Assembly: GCA_943369795.1 (NCBI GenBank)
Contig: CALROO020000016.1
Span: forward strand, 11,104-75,103
Direction of reading: 5' to 3'
Source: Rhizobium sp. Q54
Lineage (GTDB): Bacteria; Pseudomonadota; Alphaproteobacteria; Caulobacterales; Caulobacteraceae
Length of the DNA stretch: 64,000 bases
Below the pieces are notes generated by a model that was not told the DNA's origin, made no database searches, and saw only the letters and a list, made by a program, of their open reading frames with translations. Within the stretch, counting starts at the first letter, position 1. Every line of letters starts with the position of its first letter. Shown one piece after another: positions 58,160 through 64,000 of the stretch. The translations under genes were made by a program, and so were the position numbers.

Positions 58160-59584
58160 TCAGGATCGATAGTCGCCGTTGATTTCGATGTAGCCCTTGG
58201 TCAGGTCGCACGTCCAGACGGTGGCCGAGGCACGTCCCGCGCCGACATCGACGGTGATGTCGATCTCCGACCGCTTCATATAGGCCGTCATCTTGGCCTC
58301 GTCGTAGGTCGGCGAGGGCGCACCGTCGATGGCCGCCTGGTGCGGCCCGAACTTGATCGCCAGGTGATCGCGGTTGACCGGTTCCTCGGTCTTGCCGACG
58401 GCCATGACGACCCGGCCCCAGTTGGCGTCCTGACCGGCGATGGCGGTCTTGACCAGGGGGCTGTCGGCGATCGACTTGGCCAGTTTCCGGGCCGAGGCGG
58501 GGCTGGCCGCGCCGTCCACGGTGACGCGGACGAATTTCGTCGCCCCCTCCCCGTCCCTGACCAGTTGATGGGCGAGGTCGAGCATGACCTTGTCCAGCGC
58601 CTCACTGAACCCCTTCAGGCGGCGGTCGCCGACGCGGGCGATGCGGGGCGCGCCCGATGCGCCGGTGGCGAACAGCAGACAGGTGTCGTTGGTCGAGGTG
58701 TCGCCGTCCACGGTCACGCTGTTGAAGGTGGTGCGAACGTGCAGGCCCAGCAGCGCCCGGAGCACCGGCGGAGCGATGGCGGCGTCGGTGACGATGAAGC
58801 CCAGCATGGTCGCCATGTCCGGCGCGATCATGCCCGAGCCCTTGGCGATACCGGCGATGCGGACCTTGTAGCCTTCGATCTCGGCCTCGGCGTAGGACCC
58901 CTTGGGGAAGGTGTCGGTGGTCATGATGCCGCGACCGGCGGTGGCCCATTGTTCGGTCGGGTGGATGTCGGCGTCCATCCGGGCCTCGATCTCGCCCAGC
59001 CGGACGGCGATCTTCTTGTCGTCCAGCAGGACCCCGATCACGCCCGTGGAGGCCAGCATGACGTCGCGCTGGCGGCAGCCGAACCGTTTGGCGACCTCCG
59101 AGGCCGTGCGGCGGGCGGCGTCGGCCCCCGGCTTGCCGGTAAAGGCATTGGCGCACCCGGCGTTGACGACCAGGGCCCGCACCCCCTCACCGCCCCCATC
59201 CATGTCGAGGTGGCGCTTGCACCAGTCGACCGGGGCGGAGCCGATCTTGTGGCGGGTGAAGACCCCGGCGCAGGTCGTTCCCCGGGCGAACCGGAACACG
59301 ACCAGATCGTCGCGCTCATGTTTGTAGAAGCCCGCGCGGGCTGTGGCGATCTCGACCCCGCCGATCGGCGGGATGGTCGGAAAGGGGACGGCCAGCGGCG
59401 AGACGGCCAAGCCGGGCTTGCCCGGCGGGGCGGCGGGCGTCATCGCGGCGGCCGGTGCCGGCCCTTGAGCGGGTTGCGTCGCGCGCTTCAATGCCGAGGC
59501 GAACGGGTCCAGCGCCTTTTCAAAGGCATGTTCGATCATCTGGCCGGTGGAGATGCGGGGCGGCTGGGTCGGATCACGGCTCAT
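58160..59584 (-). CDS. argJ: Ornithine acetyltransferase / N-acetylglutamate synthase ArgJ
   Basis: ASTGVIG, IMTTDT, KGSGMIAPDMATML, DTSTND, DGEGATK, YIEINGDYRS. Confidence 0.96.
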   Translation of the reverse strand: MSRDPTQPPRISTGQMIEHAFEKALDPFASALKRATQPAQGPAPAAAMTPAAPPGKPGLAVSPLAVPFPTIPPIGGVEIATARAGFYKHERDDLVVFRFARGTTCAGVFTRHKIGSAPVDWCKRHLDMDGGGEGVRALVVNAGCANAFTGKPGADAARRTASEVAKRFGCRQRDVMLASTGVIGVLLDDKKIAVRLGEIEARMDADIHPTEQWATAGRGIMTTDTFPKGSYAEAEIEGYKVRIAGIAKGSGMIAPDMATMLGFIVTDAAIAPPVLRALLGLHVRTTFNSVTVDGDTSTNDTCLLFATGASGAPRIARVGDRRLKGFSEALDKVMLDLAHQLVRDGEGATKFVRVTVDGAASPASARKLAKSIADSPLVKTAIAGQDANWGRVVMAVGKTEEPVNRDHLAIKFGPHQAAIDGAPSPTYDEAKMTAYMKRSEIDITVDVGAGRASATVWTCDLTKGYIEINGDYRS

Positions 59585-60519
59585 GCGGCGGCCTTCTGGG
59601 CGGGAGCGGCGGCGGGTCGGGGGGCCTGTTTCGGCTGGGCGGCGGTGTCGTCGGCGTCGATCAGGACATCGACGTCGGCCTTGCCGCGCAGTTGCTCCAG
59701 CAACTGCCGCACCCGTTCATAGGTCAGGTAGCGGACGATCTGGGGCCGGGCCTGTTCCAGGGTCGGCGGGGCCTCGGTCCGGCGATCCTCGACGCGGAGC
59801 ACGGCCCAGCCACTCTCGGTCTGGACCGGGCCGACGGTGGAACCCGCTCTCGCGTCCCGCAACGCCGCCGCATAGGCCTGGGGCATCACGTCCGGCGTCG
59901 AATAGCCGAGATCGCCTCCGGAGAATTTCGTCGCCTCGTCGATCGATCGTTCGGCCGCCACGGCCTCGAAGGCCGAGCCCTGGCCCAGGATGCCGACCAC
60001 GGCATCGGCCTCCGACTTGGTTGCCGACAGGATCAGCCGGACGCGGATTTCCTCGGAGGTTCGCGCCAGCCGGAGCTGCTCGCGGTACAGGGTCTCGACC
60101 GCATTGTCCGAAATTGCGCCGTCGACGACGCTCTCGACCAGCATGTCGCCCAGGATGCGCTGGCGCGTCGCCTCCAGCCGCCGCTGGGCCAGGGCGGCAT
60201 TGTCGAGGCCGCGGCGCTCGGCCTCCGCTGCCAGCAGTTTCTGGTCGATCACCTCGTCCAGCACGCGGCGAAACAGGTCCGAGGATACATCCAGCGGCTC
60301 GTCCTCGCCGATCAGCCCCTGGGCCACCGCTTCGCGACGCACGTCCGAGGCCCACAGGGTCTGGTCCTGCACCTTGGCCACCGCCGTGTCGTCGGCCTCG
60401 GGCGCGGCCTCGTCGCCCGGGCCCCGGTCACAGGCCGACAGCGCCAGAACGGCGGCGAAAAGGACCGGAAAAAGGACGCGTTCTTGGCGGTTGCGGGAAT
60501 GTCGCACAGGGCGCTCCAT
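59581..60519 (-). CDS. Parvulin-type peptidyl-prolyl isomerase lipoprotein
   Basis: Lipobox LSAC; F..VA.ERSID...GGDLG...GPVQT..GW.V; exact start uncertain. Confidence 0.88.
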   Translation of the reverse strand: MERPVRHSRNRQERVLFPVLFAAVLALSACDRGPGDEAAPEADDTAVAKVQDQTLWASDVRREAVAQGLIGEDEPLDVSSDLFRRVLDEVIDQKLLAAEAERRGLDNAALAQRRLEATRQRILGDMLVESVVDGAISDNAVETLYREQLRLARTSEEIRVRLILSATKSEADAVVGILGQGSAFEAVAAERSIDEATKFSGGDLGYSTPDVMPQAYAAALRDARAGSTVGPVQTESGWAVLRVEDRRTEAPPTLEQARPQIVRYLTYERVRQLLEQLRGKADVDVLIDADDTAAQPKQAPRPAAAPAQKAAA

Positions 60520-60576
60520 CCGACGAAGGGGGCCGACTGGAGGGGCCGAAAGCCCCGTGGGCCAAAAGCCCTCGCG

Positions 60577-60605
60577 TTGACAGGGGTAAGGCCGGTGCTT
60601 AAGTC
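60577..60605 (+). promoter_or_regulatory. Candidate housekeeping promoter for secA
   Basis: TTGACA-N14-GCTTAAGTC resembles a Caulobacter RpoD-type promoter. Confidence 0.4.
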
Positions 60606-60784
60606 CCGCCTGCGCCCAAGTCGAGCGGTTTTCGATCGTCCGCGCGGCCATGCTGCGCCGGTTCGGCGAACGCTAAGGCCGCCGCCGGTGTCAGCCTCTC
60701 GGGCGGCGCATCAGACGCCGCCACCCGGGCCGACGCCCGGACCCTGTACCAGAGCCTCAACGCTCGACCGCCACCGGATCCTTC

Positions 60785-63631
<2,847 letters not shown>

Positions 63632-63687
63632 GGCGACGCTTGCGTCCCGAGCGGCGATGACCGATCTTGCCGCGGCGGAGGTGTATC

Positions 63688-63966
63688 ATGGGCAACGCTG
63701 CCAGAAATATCCTCGACGTCGAGGACTGGGTTCAGCAGGACGTCGAGGCTGCCGTGCGAGCGGGCGAAGGCGATAGCGTCGATGACCTTGCGGCGCAGAT
63801 CCTTACGGAATGGGCGATGTTGCGTCGGAGTGAGACCCCGGAGTTTATGGCTTTCGCGCGCAAGGCCATCGCGGAGTCCCGGGCCGATCCGCACCCGGGC
63901 TATCCGGCGGAAGAGGTTTTCGCCGAACTCCGCGCCCGCTACGCCGATCCGGCCAGCGAGACCTGA
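63688..63966 (+). CDS. Probable ParD-like antitoxin
   Basis: GGAGG RBS; small acidic protein ending AEEVFAELRARY; TGATG overlap with the next ORF. Confidence 0.7.
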   Translation: MGNAARNILDVEDWVQQDVEAAVRAGEGDSVDDLAAQILTEWAMLRRSETPEFMAFARKAIAESRADPHPGYPAEEVFAELRARYADPASET

Positions 63967-64000
63967 TGAAGGTCATCCTGTCGTCCGCCGCCCGACGGGA
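63966..64000 (+). CDS. Probable RelE/ParE toxin, partial (window end)
   Basis: MKVILSSAARR..., a typical ParE N-terminus; only 11 complete codons are visible. Confidence 0.55.
   Translation, partial: MKVILSSAARR

Noticed and set aside
60606-60784. Structured leader or riboswitch before secA
   Set aside because: Only short GC-rich stems expected by chance were seen, with no terminator or recognisable motif.

Overview
GC-rich alphaproteobacterial chromosome segment, most consistent with Brevundimonas (Caulobacteraceae) from gene content and order. It is mostly core genes: PMM/PGM, lepA, an RND efflux pair, a TonB-dependent receptor, nhaA, selO, a LiuR-type regulator with acyl-CoA dehydrogenases, rsmE, gshA, ftsEX, hisC, argH-lysA, the phyR-nepR-sigT general stress response (GSR) locus, gabD, ald, argJ and secA. 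No rRNA, tRNA, CRISPR array, integrase or DDE transposase was seen. The main accessory and non-coding observations are as follows. (1) A small GIY-YIG nuclease gene lies between 46-bp inverted repeats (44/46 identical). The repeat architecture recurs in a gene-less palindromic element 10 kb away, which suggests a GIY-YIG-associated REP/MITE-like system; three other palindromic elements are present. (2) An islet downstream of lepA carries a lower-GC DUF262/GmrSD-like nuclease with a perfect LexA box, a decayed vsr, a LexA-DNA-binding-domain-only protein and dinD. (3) Two structured, C-rich small-RNA candidates sit behind SigT-type promoters, and a third sRNA candidate lies after hisC. (4) A probable nhaA-type riboswitch precedes nhaA. 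All family calls come from motifs recognised by eye; no database search was run.
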